From: Candidatus Woesearchaeota archaeon
GTDB taxonomy: Archaea; Nanobdellota; Nanobdellia; Woesearchaeales; UBA9642
Length of the DNA stretch: 64,000 nt
Direction: 5' to 3'
Assembly (NCBI GenBank): GCA_003599145.1
Contig: QZIT01000005.1
Span: forward strand, 320,330 to 384,329
Program-made: the position numbers and the translations under genes
Notes under the pieces: generated by a model
Seen by the model: the letters and a program-made list of their open reading frames with translations, nothing else
The model's database searches: none
Told to the model about the DNA's origin: nothing
Shown: one piece after another, positions 33,598 to 42,190 of the stretch
How positions within the stretch are numbered: position 1 is the first letter of the stretch
How the letters are laid out: the number at the start of each line of letters is the position of its first letter

Positions 33598-34146
33598 GTG
33601 CAAACACAACATTTTTATACTATTCTTTCTCCTATAAATATCATGCTAAACCCATTTATCCAAAGATTAATGCTTATGAGACAATTTTCCATGGATAATG
33701 CAAAGATTACCTTACTCAAGCAAGAGCAGTTTCTTGTAGATACTGATTTTATATCGCTTGTTCAGGAGATGCACCCAAAAGAATTTTATGACGTCGTTAA
33801 AAAAAATGCTCAGGAAAAAGTTACTGCATATACGCAAGTATTAGGTTCAAGCCCTGAAAACATATCTGAAGAAACATTAAAATCTATGTTTGGAACGCTT
33901 GGTTTTGGCAATGTTCAAATCATGCAATTAAATAAGGAAAAACAAAGGGTTTTTTTAAAACTGCTGGATAGCCCTATTGTTGCTAGCTATAAAAAAATGA
34001 AGAAAAAAAGCAAAGAGCCCGTCTGCATTTTCATTTCCGCAGTACTTGCAGGAGCGTTTCAGGCAATTTTCAAAAAAAATGTTGAATGCAAAGAAACTGA
34101 CTGTACTATAATAAAAGGCGATGGATGTCATTTCATCGTTGAATAA
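33598..34146 (+). CDS. V4R-domain protein, paralog 2
   Basis: The C-terminus 'PVCIFISAVLAGAFQAIFKKNVECKETDCTIIKGDGCHF' has the V4R triad. The N-terminal region 'FSMDNAKITLLKQEQFLVDTDF' aligns with paralog 1 'FTIDNGQVDILGNKQLLLPVQI'. Confidence 0.55.
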   Translation: MQTQHFYTILSPINIMLNPFIQRLMLMRQFSMDNAKITLLKQEQFLVDTDFISLVQEMHPKEFYDVVKKNAQEKVTAYTQVLGSSPENISEETLKSMFGTLGFGNVQIMQLNKEKQRVFLKLLDSPIVASYKKMKKKSKEPVCIFISAVLAGAFQAIFKKNVECKETDCTIIKGDGCHFIVE

Positions 34147-34156
34147 GAGGGTGACA

Positions 34157-34615
34157 ATGAAAACAAAACACATTTTCGTGGCAACATTGGATATCAATGA
34201 ATTATTTCCCTTTTCCGTATCTGATAAAAAAGAAATTGAAGAAGGCTTAAAAGACCAGCAACGGGTAAGGCAAGAACTTGAAAAATTCATAGGCCTATTG
34301 GAAAAACATGGCAACCAGAAAATATTCTATATGGGTTCAGATATCATAGAATCAAAATATTATGAACGATTTCTATTTGAAAAAAACGGCTTTTTAGAAG
34401 TTATGATGGATAAACCGGTAGCTGTCAATGCGCATTTTACAGAAAAAAAGCACGCAGAGAGCTTCTGCAAAGCAATAAAAAAAGCGCTCTTGAATTTATT
34501 ATCAGATACTCCTGTTTCAAAAATGTTCATAGACGCAATAGAAGTACAAACAGAAGCAGAGCAAAGTTTAACGTATCAAACATGGGAACAGATAAAAGAT
34601 ATTCGCAACAAATAA
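34157..34615 (+). CDS. hypothetical protein (~152 aa)
   Basis: The ATG at 34157 is preceded by GGTGA. The longer track ORF from 34121 overlaps the previous gene. Confidence 0.4.
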   Translation: MKTKHIFVATLDINELFPFSVSDKKEIEEGLKDQQRVRQELEKFIGLLEKHGNQKIFYMGSDIIESKYYERFLFEKNGFLEVMMDKPVAVNAHFTEKKHAESFCKAIKKALLNLLSDTPVSKMFIDAIEVQTEAEQSLTYQTWEQIKDIRNK

Positions 34616-34628
34616 GAGGTGAAGTATC

Positions 34629-35936
34629 ATGATTGAGAAATTAATGAAGGGCAAAAAAAATATTTTTATCGGAACAGGCATCAGCTATAAAGATAATCCC
34701 GCAGAGGCAGGCAAAGAAGCAGTGGAAATGGCATTGAAAAATTCTCAATCTCAAAAACCAGAATTTGTTATTATATTTGCTTCAGCAAAGAAATATGGAA
34801 CAGAAGAAAAGATGAATCTCCTTGCTAAAGCAGTTGACACGTATCTCACTTCAATAAACCAAAATATAAAATGGGTTGGTGCATCAAGCAAAAAAGAAAT
34901 TTCAAACTATGGATATACTGAGGGAAGTGTTGTTGCCATGGTCATCAATTCTCCGTATGTACATTTTGGTGTCGGCGTTGGACAGAATGTTACCAAAAAT
35001 TCTCTGAAAGCAGGAGAGCAGGCAGCAGAAAATGCAATTTCAAATGTAAAATTAGATTCCTATCTTGATCCATATTTGCATTTTCAGGCAATAAAAACGC
35101 AAAAAGTAGGAGACATCCTGCGAATGAAGCCTTACTTTTTCATGACTTTGTTTCCCGGAGTAACAAAAAAATATTTACCACAGGACAGCCAAGTGTTAAA
35201 AGGCATAACCAATATCGTCGGAGCACATCCTTTGTTTGGTGGAGATGCTGCAGACGATTGGACATTGACACAAACGTTCACTATTGCCAATGGCGTCGTC
35301 TATAAAGATGCTGTCGTTATTGCCTGCATTGTAAGCAATCTACAGTTTAATGTTGGAGTAAAGCATGGTTATGAACGAACAAACATGGTCATGGTCGTAA
35401 CCAAAGCAAAGGGAGGAGTTATTTATGAACTGAACAACAAACCTGCTGCTCAGGAATATGCCAGATTGACCAATGTTGCTGTTGAAGAATTGCGCAAAGA
35501 TGTCATACCAACACTATCACGAAATCCTATGGGCATGCCTGATAGCCAAGGAGAATATTGGCTAAATTTCCCGTATGCCGTTGTTGAAAAAGATGCGCTA
35601 GCATTTTACGAGCCTATCGCAGAAGGAACTGCTTTATTTATTATGAAAGCCAACAACCAGCAAATAGTCGACGCTGCAAAAACTGCAATTCAAAACGCCA
35701 CTAACAATCTAAAAGAAATTGAAGGTCTTATTGTTTTGAGCTGTTCTGCAAGATTAATTGCTCTAGGCAAAGACATTGAAAAAGAATATGCACTTATTAA
35801 GAAAGTTGTAAAGGATAAACCATTCATTGGTTTCAGCTGTTATGCAGAGCATGCGACCGTACCATCAGGAAGTGTGCAAAAACATGCCTATACATTTGTT
35901 ACGTTAGGATTGACCAACAAACTTATCAGCGACTAA
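34629..35936 (+). CDS. hypothetical protein, possibly a FIST-type sensory domain protein
   Basis: RBS GAGGTGA precedes the ATG. At 435 aa with two-lobed Gly-rich segments (GTGISY..., VGASSK...) it is compatible with FIST_N/FIST_C. I cannot verify this by eye. Confidence 0.3.
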   Translation: MIEKLMKGKKNIFIGTGISYKDNPAEAGKEAVEMALKNSQSQKPEFVIIFASAKKYGTEEKMNLLAKAVDTYLTSINQNIKWVGASSKKEISNYGYTEGSVVAMVINSPYVHFGVGVGQNVTKNSLKAGEQAAENAISNVKLDSYLDPYLHFQAIKTQKVGDILRMKPYFFMTLFPGVTKKYLPQDSQVLKGITNIVGAHPLFGGDAADDWTLTQTFTIANGVVYKDAVVIACIVSNLQFNVGVKHGYERTNMVMVVTKAKGGVIYELNNKPAAQEYARLTNVAVEELRKDVIPTLSRNPMGMPDSQGEYWLNFPYAVVEKDALAFYEPIAEGTALFIMKANNQQIVDAAKTAIQNATNNLKEIEGLIVLSCSARLIALGKDIEKEYALIKKVVKDKPFIGFSCYAEHATVPSGSVQKHAYTFVTLGLTNKLISD

Positions 35937-35996
35937 ACCACGAAAAAGTAGTAAAAAAAGGCAATATTTTTAAATTGTTGAGCATTCTTTTATCAT

Positions 35997-37385
35997 ATGG
36001 ACCAAGCAACATTAGAAACCAGATTAAAAGCATTGCATGATATTGGAGCGCCCGTCAGTATTCCTCAGAATAAAGAAACATTAGTACACAACATTATTGA
36101 AGCTTCAAAGATAACAAGACAGTTTGCAACGCTAGATGTTGACACATTGGTTTATATCTTTACCAAGTATGATGCACTTGTTCACCACCTGAACACGTTA
36201 TTGAAACTTGATGGCAAAAAACCATTGCAAGAACGAGTTGGCCAAGGAAATGTTGCTGCAATATTGCCCTATAATGGTCCATTAATGACCTTCGCATTGG
36301 CATTTGCAGGAGCATATTTGTTTCCTGAAAACAGTTTTGAAATAAAACCTGCAGGAGAATCTCAAAAAGTTTTTGAAAAATTCATAGAAATGATTCCTGA
36401 TGCCGATATGGCTATGCATCTTTATAATGCAAATAGAACTCCTCGCATCAGTACAGAATCAGGAATGAAATTCTTAACACGGCATTTATCACCTGCTTCT
36501 GGAACAAAAGTCATTGAAGTGTATGGTCATGATTCCATGATAACTCCAGAAGTTGAAAAAATGCTGATGGCAAATACGTCTGTACGGTATATTTTAGAAG
36601 GTCCTGGAAAGAATTGGTTTGTTGTGGGAGAAAATCCAGCTTCCGTACGATGTGCTGAAACCATGCTCAAAGCAGGATTGTTGAATTCTGGTCAGAGCTG
36701 TATGGCAGGAGAAATTTATGTTATTCACGATAGCGTTTATGAAAAGATAATAGATTACATATCTAAGCTTGCAAATCACGTGGTTGTGGGAGACCCTCAC
36801 AAAGCATCAACAGATGTTGGCCCCTTAAAAAACAGCCTTGCAAAAAGAATTGAAGAGCAAGTGAAAGACGCTTTGGAAAAGGGAGCAACGATTGCCTATT
36901 GCTCTAAAGAAGCTAAACTTCTAGAAAGAACAGAGCATTTTTATGATATAAACCCTGAAAGATTCAGGCTGATTCCTTACGACGCTGAACACATGCTTGT
37001 TCCCGTTATTATACTAAAAGACGTTACTTCAAAAATGAAAGTAAGACATGATGAAACCTTTGGACCTGTTATTGCTATAGGTAAATATCACCATGGCAGT
37101 GAAATCATTCCTGAATTATGGAGAGCAAGATACGGATTAGAAGCAACGGTGTTTGGAAGTGTGGATACTGCACTCATGCAGACCCTAGATGCCAATTTCG
37201 GTCACATCTTCCAAGATGCCTATTTTCTTGATCCTGGACAATTCGACATTCTTCTAAGCCCTTGGGGTGGAAAGAATTATTCAAGATTTTCTTTGCAGGG
37301 CATTACCAAATATGGAAACGCGGGAATAGAAAAAATTCAGACAGGTCCTGATTATATAGTATTGGATTTCAGCAAAGAGCCATAA
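35997..37385 (+). CDS. aldehyde dehydrogenase superfamily protein (possibly LuxC-like acyl-CoA reductase)
   Basis: 'EGPGKNWFVV' resembles ELGGK. 'LLNSGQSCMAGE' has the catalytic Cys context .N.GQ.C. 'DETFGPV' resembles EIFGPV. The first ~100 aa are atypical for classical ALDH. Confidence 0.6.
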   Translation: MDQATLETRLKALHDIGAPVSIPQNKETLVHNIIEASKITRQFATLDVDTLVYIFTKYDALVHHLNTLLKLDGKKPLQERVGQGNVAAILPYNGPLMTFALAFAGAYLFPENSFEIKPAGESQKVFEKFIEMIPDADMAMHLYNANRTPRISTESGMKFLTRHLSPASGTKVIEVYGHDSMITPEVEKMLMANTSVRYILEGPGKNWFVVGENPASVRCAETMLKAGLLNSGQSCMAGEIYVIHDSVYEKIIDYISKLANHVVVGDPHKASTDVGPLKNSLAKRIEEQVKDALEKGATIAYCSKEAKLLERTEHFYDINPERFRLIPYDAEHMLVPVIILKDVTSKMKVRHDETFGPVIAIGKYHHGSEIIPELWRARYGLEATVFGSVDTALMQTLDANFGHIFQDAYFLDPGQFDILLSPWGGKNYSRFSLQGITKYGNAGIEKIQTGPDYIVLDFSKEP

Positions 37386-37449
37386 AAGTCATTACTTAAA
37401 AATAGTAATATCAGAAAAATTTATAAATAACGCTCTGTTTGCTTCTCTT

Positions 37450-38895
37450 ATGACAGATCAATTCTTCATTCCAACACCTGTTAAAGAAAGAGATTTAGAA
37501 ACGCAGGTAGCTATAGCAGGAACAGGCGGAGTGCACCCTCCTTATCTTTTGGATGATGCAGTTATTGAACATTTTGTTCACAATTTTGATCCGAAAAGAG
37601 CGAAAAAAACATTTGCACAGGTACGAAGAGAAAAACTTGGGACAGAATTGCTTTTTCAAACAAGGCCTGAGTATACTATAGAAGACTGCATGGCAGACGC
37701 TGCAAAACAAGCCTTAGAGCGAGCAGGAATGACCATGAGCGATATTGCAGAAATTCATATTTCAACCGTAAGTCCAACAGACAGAATATCGCGAAGCAGG
37801 TCTGCTGTTTCTGAAAAATTAGGAGTAAATAATATTCCTATTATGGAACTATCTCATGGATGCGCAGGCTCTTTATATGCATTAGAAAGTGGCAGAAGAG
37901 CATCGCTTTTAAAAAATGCACCTATCCTTGTCATAGCAGGAGATGATGTAAGACGAGACGTTATTAACTTACAAGATTGGGCACAATCAGGCATTTTTGG
38001 TTCTGGAGCAGGATCTGCAATACTTGTGCCTGTAAAAAATGGCAAAGGACTGCATCCTGTTAATTTCTGGACAGATACAACCATAACGCCATATGCAAGA
38101 ATGGATCCTATGACTGGAAAATTTGCCATGGATGGAAAAAAGCTTGGAGAACTTGCACCTGCAACTTATCACGCATTTTTAGATTATTTATTGCAAGCGT
38201 ATAACTTACCAAAAGACAAAGTATATGTTATTCCACATCAATTAAACGGTCATCTTATAGAAGAATTTAGAAAACAAGCAGAATTAAGAGAAGATCAAGT
38301 ATTAAATATAGTAAATAGATTTGGAAATACTTCAAATGGTTCTGTGTTACTTGCATTAAATCATGCAATAACTCATCGTCTGAAAATAGGCAATTATGGA
38401 GTTATTTTTGGTGTTGGCGCAGGATTTGATAAGGCATGCAGCATTTACGAACCTGATAGAGAATTAATATTGCCAAGAGTTATCAAAATTCTTATTGCAG
38501 ACGATGAACAAGGAGTTCGGGAAAGCAAGGTGATGGGCTATCAAACATTTTTGGAAGGACATGAAAAACTTCCTCAAAATGTCAGCTTTGAATATCACAC
38601 GGCAACAAGTGGTGAAGAAGCATTCCAAATGGCACTGGAAATCCATCCAGATATTCTGGATTTCGACCAGCGTATGGAAGGCATGAACGGTTCCACTGCT
38701 GCAACCATGATTCATGAAGCACTAGGACCTATTCCTACCGTTATTAATTCTGGCTTCTCTGACGCTGCAGATATGCGAGCATTTGGAGAGTTAAAATTAA
38801 CCAAGCATAGAGAGTACATATTAAAACAGGATATGAACATCATGGACTATGCAAATTTTCTTGTAGAATTTATGTACAAGTCAAATATTTTATAA
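37450..38895 (+). CDS. FabH/KAS III-like condensing enzyme fused to a C-terminal CheY-like receiver (REC) domain
   Basis: The thiolase-fold motifs are 'SHGCAGSLYAL' (Cys), 'GIFGSGAGSAIL', 'VIPHQLNGHLI' (His), 'RFGNTSNGSVLLAL' (Asn) and 'FGVGAGF'. The REC motifs are 'ILIADDE', 'DILDFDQRMEGMNG', 'TVINSGFSD' and 'LKLTKH'. The two parts form one continuous ORF. Confidence 0.75.
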   Translation: MTDQFFIPTPVKERDLETQVAIAGTGGVHPPYLLDDAVIEHFVHNFDPKRAKKTFAQVRREKLGTELLFQTRPEYTIEDCMADAAKQALERAGMTMSDIAEIHISTVSPTDRISRSRSAVSEKLGVNNIPIMELSHGCAGSLYALESGRRASLLKNAPILVIAGDDVRRDVINLQDWAQSGIFGSGAGSAILVPVKNGKGLHPVNFWTDTTITPYARMDPMTGKFAMDGKKLGELAPATYHAFLDYLLQAYNLPKDKVYVIPHQLNGHLIEEFRKQAELREDQVLNIVNRFGNTSNGSVLLALNHAITHRLKIGNYGVIFGVGAGFDKACSIYEPDRELILPRVIKILIADDEQGVRESKVMGYQTFLEGHEKLPQNVSFEYHTATSGEEAFQMALEIHPDILDFDQRMEGMNGSTAATMIHEALGPIPTVINSGFSDAADMRAFGELKLTKHREYILKQDMNIMDYANFLVEFMYKSNIL

Positions 38896-40353
38896 AGGAA
38901 GATATAAGTTTACCATCAATCCTTCTGGTTGATTTTCGATCGTCATATTTCCTTTGTAAGAAGCCATAATCATTTGGCAGCTTTTCAATCCAAAGCCACC
39001 TTTACCTTCGCTGGGAAGTCTTGTAGTATAACTAGTGTCAAATGCTCTTTCAATATCCTTCTCAGGAATGCCTCCTGCATGATCTGAAAATGAAATAACT
39101 ACATATGACTGGTCTACAGTTGTCGTCACTTGCAAAACACGCTTTGGTTCTGGAATACTTTTTCTTTTGTAACTTGCAAGAGCATTGTCTATAAGGTTTT
39201 GAAAAACAGACGCCATTTCCTGACGAGAAACATTGACTTGAGGTGTTGGCCGATAGTCCTTTGAAATGTGCAGTAATCCATCATAAAGAGATAAAACATC
39301 GTCAAGAGACTCCGTAATATTTTGAAGTTTTGCATCCTGCACAGGCTCTGCCAATCGAGACATTCTTAACGTATAACCTTTTAATCTCGCAACAGCTGTT
39401 GCTGCACTCGTCAAGCAAGGATCGACACCGTCATATTTTTGTTTTTTCAGCATTGCATGCGCAATAACAAGATTGTCATCGATAATTTTTGCAACATTGT
39501 TGATATTATGAGCAGCATCTTGAGCCAAATTCGCAAGAACAGAACGACTCTCACTTAAGACAAGCTGATGCTGAGTTGATTGGAGCTCTTCATACAGATG
39601 TTGGCTAATGATAGCATCTGCTACTGCAGATAATGACAGAGTAATTCCTGTAGCCAAGTCTCTTGCTCGTTCAACAAGTTCTAAAGGCACCGGCTCATCG
39701 TCAGCAATATTAAGCTTTTGTCTATCAAGACTTGATAATACAACGTTGCCAACAACATAAACGCCCGTTTCATCAACTTCAACACAAGGCAGTATTACCG
39801 ATCTAGCAAAATCTCCTAAAGTCATGTTCGATTGAGAATATCTCCGAAATGACGTCGTCAAATCAGATAAAAAAGATTCAGGTAATGTTCCTTGTTGTAT
39901 TTGTTCGTTTAAATAAGATTCATTGAGATATGTTTGATAGGGTTCTCCATTTAAAAAAGGGTTTATATGTTCTAGACCAATAGCTACGGAAGCAGGAGTT
40001 TCTAAGTACTCTCCAAGATAAAAAACGCCATCAGTTCCTATTGCAGACACTGCAATAAAACTAGCAATATCTGGGAAATATAATGTCGCTAACTCAGTTC
40101 TTCCCTCTTTAGTTTTTAGCTTCTCTCTTACTGCAGATACACCCAAAGACGTTCTTTGCTGCTGAATTTCTCGTGCATTAGCATAACTTCTCTTCAATTT
40201 AGACGTAATAGGCACATTTGTTTCTATTGACTGGAAAGGAAGCACCTGTAAAATAGACTCTAACCCTTGTCTTAAACCTGCCACTCCTCCATGAAGAACT
40301 ATTCCTTTACGAGAAACTGTCTCAATAGTAGCTGAATCAATAGTGGAACCCAT
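38890..40353 (-). CDS. sensor histidine kinase (cytoplasmic sensor region + HisKA + HATPase_c)
   Basis: The C-terminus has an N-box 'FQNLIDNALAS' and a G-box 'GKGGFGLKSCQ'. There is no TM segment. It converges on the FabH-REC gene and overlaps it by 6 nt. Confidence 0.7.
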   Translation of the reverse strand: MGSTIDSATIETVSRKGIVLHGGVAGLRQGLESILQVLPFQSIETNVPITSKLKRSYANAREIQQQRTSLGVSAVREKLKTKEGRTELATLYFPDIASFIAVSAIGTDGVFYLGEYLETPASVAIGLEHINPFLNGEPYQTYLNESYLNEQIQQGTLPESFLSDLTTSFRRYSQSNMTLGDFARSVILPCVEVDETGVYVVGNVVLSSLDRQKLNIADDEPVPLELVERARDLATGITLSLSAVADAIISQHLYEELQSTQHQLVLSESRSVLANLAQDAAHNINNVAKIIDDNLVIAHAMLKKQKYDGVDPCLTSAATAVARLKGYTLRMSRLAEPVQDAKLQNITESLDDVLSLYDGLLHISKDYRPTPQVNVSRQEMASVFQNLIDNALASYKRKSIPEPKRVLQVTTTVDQSYVVISFSDHAGGIPEKDIERAFDTSYTTRLPSEGKGGFGLKSCQMIMASYKGNMTIENQPEGLMVNLYLPL

Positions 40354-40411
40354 AGAAAAAAAGAATCAAAAACAGTATATAAATTTTACTATTAAATAAT
40401 AGTAAAAAAAT

Positions 40412-40531
40412 TTACTTAAAAGCAAAATTACCCTGCATAGGTCTCGTATCCTCAATCCTTTCCAACTTCTCGCTCTTTACTTTGCGTTTCTTTACAGGTT
40501 TTTTCGCTTTTTTAGCTTTTTTCTTTGCCAT
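40412..40531 (-). CDS. unannotated small Lys-rich protein (39 aa) with strong Shine-Dalgarno
   Basis: The minus strand reads ggaggtgtttattATGgcaaag..., encoding MAKKKAKKAKKPVKKRKVKSEKLERIEDTRPMQGNFAFK*. It is below the track length cutoff. Confidence 0.4.
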   Translation of the reverse strand: MAKKKAKKAKKPVKKRKVKSEKLERIEDTRPMQGNFAFK

Positions 40532-40633
40532 AATAAACACCTCCCCAATAAGCAGTATCATGCATGTCCTAGTATATAAGGATTGCGGTTTAAACTTTCT
40601 TTAGAATTATACGTTCTTGATTCTGATGAAATG

Positions 40634-40987
40634 CTATATGGAACTCGTCAAAAAAACAGTTTCTTCCAAGCAAAATAGGAACCTTTTCAGACAAAACCAA
40701 CACTGGCAGATTAAGCTTTCCCAATCGTTTTTAAATGAAAACAAACAAGAAGAAGTTCTTGCTTTTGCAGATCCGCCAATACCCCTTGTAAGCTTTTCCT
40801 CTCCAAGATCCAAACCTAGCAAAACAGCCAAGTCATAGGGAATGACTGTATTATCTGCTCCAGAGTCTATAAGACCCATAAATTCGTACAATGTTCCCTG
40901 CGTTGACTCTATAAAAACAGGAATGAACGGTGCTTTTTTTAGAATATGCTGTCGTTTTATAGGTTTATACTTAAAAACAAGAGCCAT
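40634..40987 (-). CDS. retropepsin-like (clan AA) aspartic protease
   Basis: 'LIDSGADNTVIP' is the D-S-G-A active-site motif. The start overlaps the stop of the upstream small ORF (TAATG). The C-terminal ~35 aa look atypical, so a frameshift is possible. Confidence 0.5.
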   Translation of the reverse strand: MALVFKYKPIKRQHILKKAPFIPVFIESTQGTLYEFMGLIDSGADNTVIPYDLAVLLGLDLGEEKLTRGIGGSAKARTSSCLFSFKNDWESLICQCWFCLKRFLFCLEETVFLTSSI

Positions 40988-41175
40988 TAGAAAATCAGCG
41001 TTTCCTCTTCCGGTATTTTTGCAATAAAGGGCGTTCCTTTAACTGCTTTAATTTTCTTTTTCAAGTCAAGAATATTCTTTGAGTGGCCAATAACTCTTTG
41101 TTTGTCTATTAAAATCCATTCACCCACATAAGGAGAAACATCCAAATCCAAAAAGTGTTGATAATTTGTTTTCAT
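40987..41175 (-). CDS. small hypothetical protein (62 aa) coupled to the retropepsin-like gene
   Basis: Its stop overlaps the protease start codon. Confidence 0.4.
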   Translation of the reverse strand: MKTNYQHFLDLDVSPYVGEWILIDKQRVIGHSKNILDLKKKIKAVKGTPFIAKIPEEETLIF

Positions 41176-41257
41176 AAACGAAGATAGACCTTTGTTCTTT
41201 TAATATTTTTTGGAACTCAGGTTGGGTAATTTAGGAACTATCTCGTAAGAATTCCGG

Positions 41258-41461
41258 ATGTTTGTGAAGTATGCTGCCATAAAGCATAAAAACAGATGTA
41301 TAAAAATATTCTATATGAAAAACGGTAAAGAACTAAAAATACTAAAATTGATAACTGCCAAATCAAAATTGACAAAAGAAGATGCAATAGAAATAGGAAA
41401 GAAAATAAAAAAATCAATGCATAGGCGATATAAAAAAGAATACCCTGATGAATTTAAATGA
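41258..41461 (+). CDS. small basic hypothetical protein (67 aa)
   Basis: A Lys-rich ORF. An ATGA overlap links it to a further 34-aa basic ORF at 41458-41562. Confidence 0.3.
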   Translation: MFVKYAAIKHKNRCIKIFYMKNGKELKILKLITAKSKLTKEDAIEIGKKIKKSMHRRYKKEYPDEFK

Positions 41462-41596
41462 CAAATCCCTTAAAAGAACTTTATGGAGCATTGAAGTTTA
41501 AGAAATCCGCAAAAAGAACAGTAAAAGAAATAAGAAAACTTTTCAAATCAAAATACGAGTAGATACCTTTAAATACCACCATTTATCTAATGCAGT

Positions 41597-42190
41597 ATGG
41601 TTATTAAAAAATCAATAGAGGAGTCAAAGTCGTTTATGATTAAGGTATTAGACTACGTTTCAAGCCATTTCTGGAGATTGTTCATTGCGCTTTTCATTTT
41701 TTTCATCCTTTCTGTAGTACTGCTCCACGTTACGCCTGTTCCTTTTGTCATTTTGGGTTTTTTATTTCCCATTCTTATTTTGCTGGGAAGCATTTCATTT
41801 ATCAGAAAATCCATCAAAGCATTATTTGACCATCAAAGAAACTTTTCCAAATTATTGTTAAGCTACACCAGTGCAGTGTTTGGCTTTATTTTTCTGTTTA
41901 CGTTAATCTACATCATTTTTGCATCCTTAGGCATAGGCTATCTGCTCTATGGCGGCTGCAATGACCAGTTTGACAGAACTATTTTCACTTCAGAAGACAC
42001 GTCTATGGTGAGAGACCCTATCAGCATCTTTTACTTTTCAGCGATAACATTTTTTACGGTTGGCTATGGAGACATCTGCCCCATGGGAGCAAGCCAGATT
42101 TTTTCCATATTGAACGCATTTGTAGGGCAGGCGTTTACTGCAGTCATCATGGTTTTAGCGCTGTCTTCGTATATGTCGAATAGGGATTAG
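41597..42190 (+). CDS. potassium channel, minimal pore-only type
   Basis: The selectivity filter 'TFFTVGYGD' is flanked by TM helices, in a 197-aa protein. Confidence 0.7.
   Translation: MVIKKSIEESKSFMIKVLDYVSSHFWRLFIALFIFFILSVVLLHVTPVPFVILGFLFPILILLGSISFIRKSIKALFDHQRNFSKLLLSYTSAVFGFIFLFTLIYIIFASLGIGYLLYGGCNDQFDRTIFTSEDTSMVRDPISIFYFSAITFFTVGYGDICPMGASQIFSILNAFVGQAFTAVIMVLALSSYMSNRD

Noticed and set aside
40547-40633. Possible small RNA in the ORF-poor gap 40354-40633
   Set aside because: The gap is largely explained by the 39-aa SD-led ORF and AT-rich promoter sequence. I could fold no convincing tRNA-like or other structured RNA by eye.
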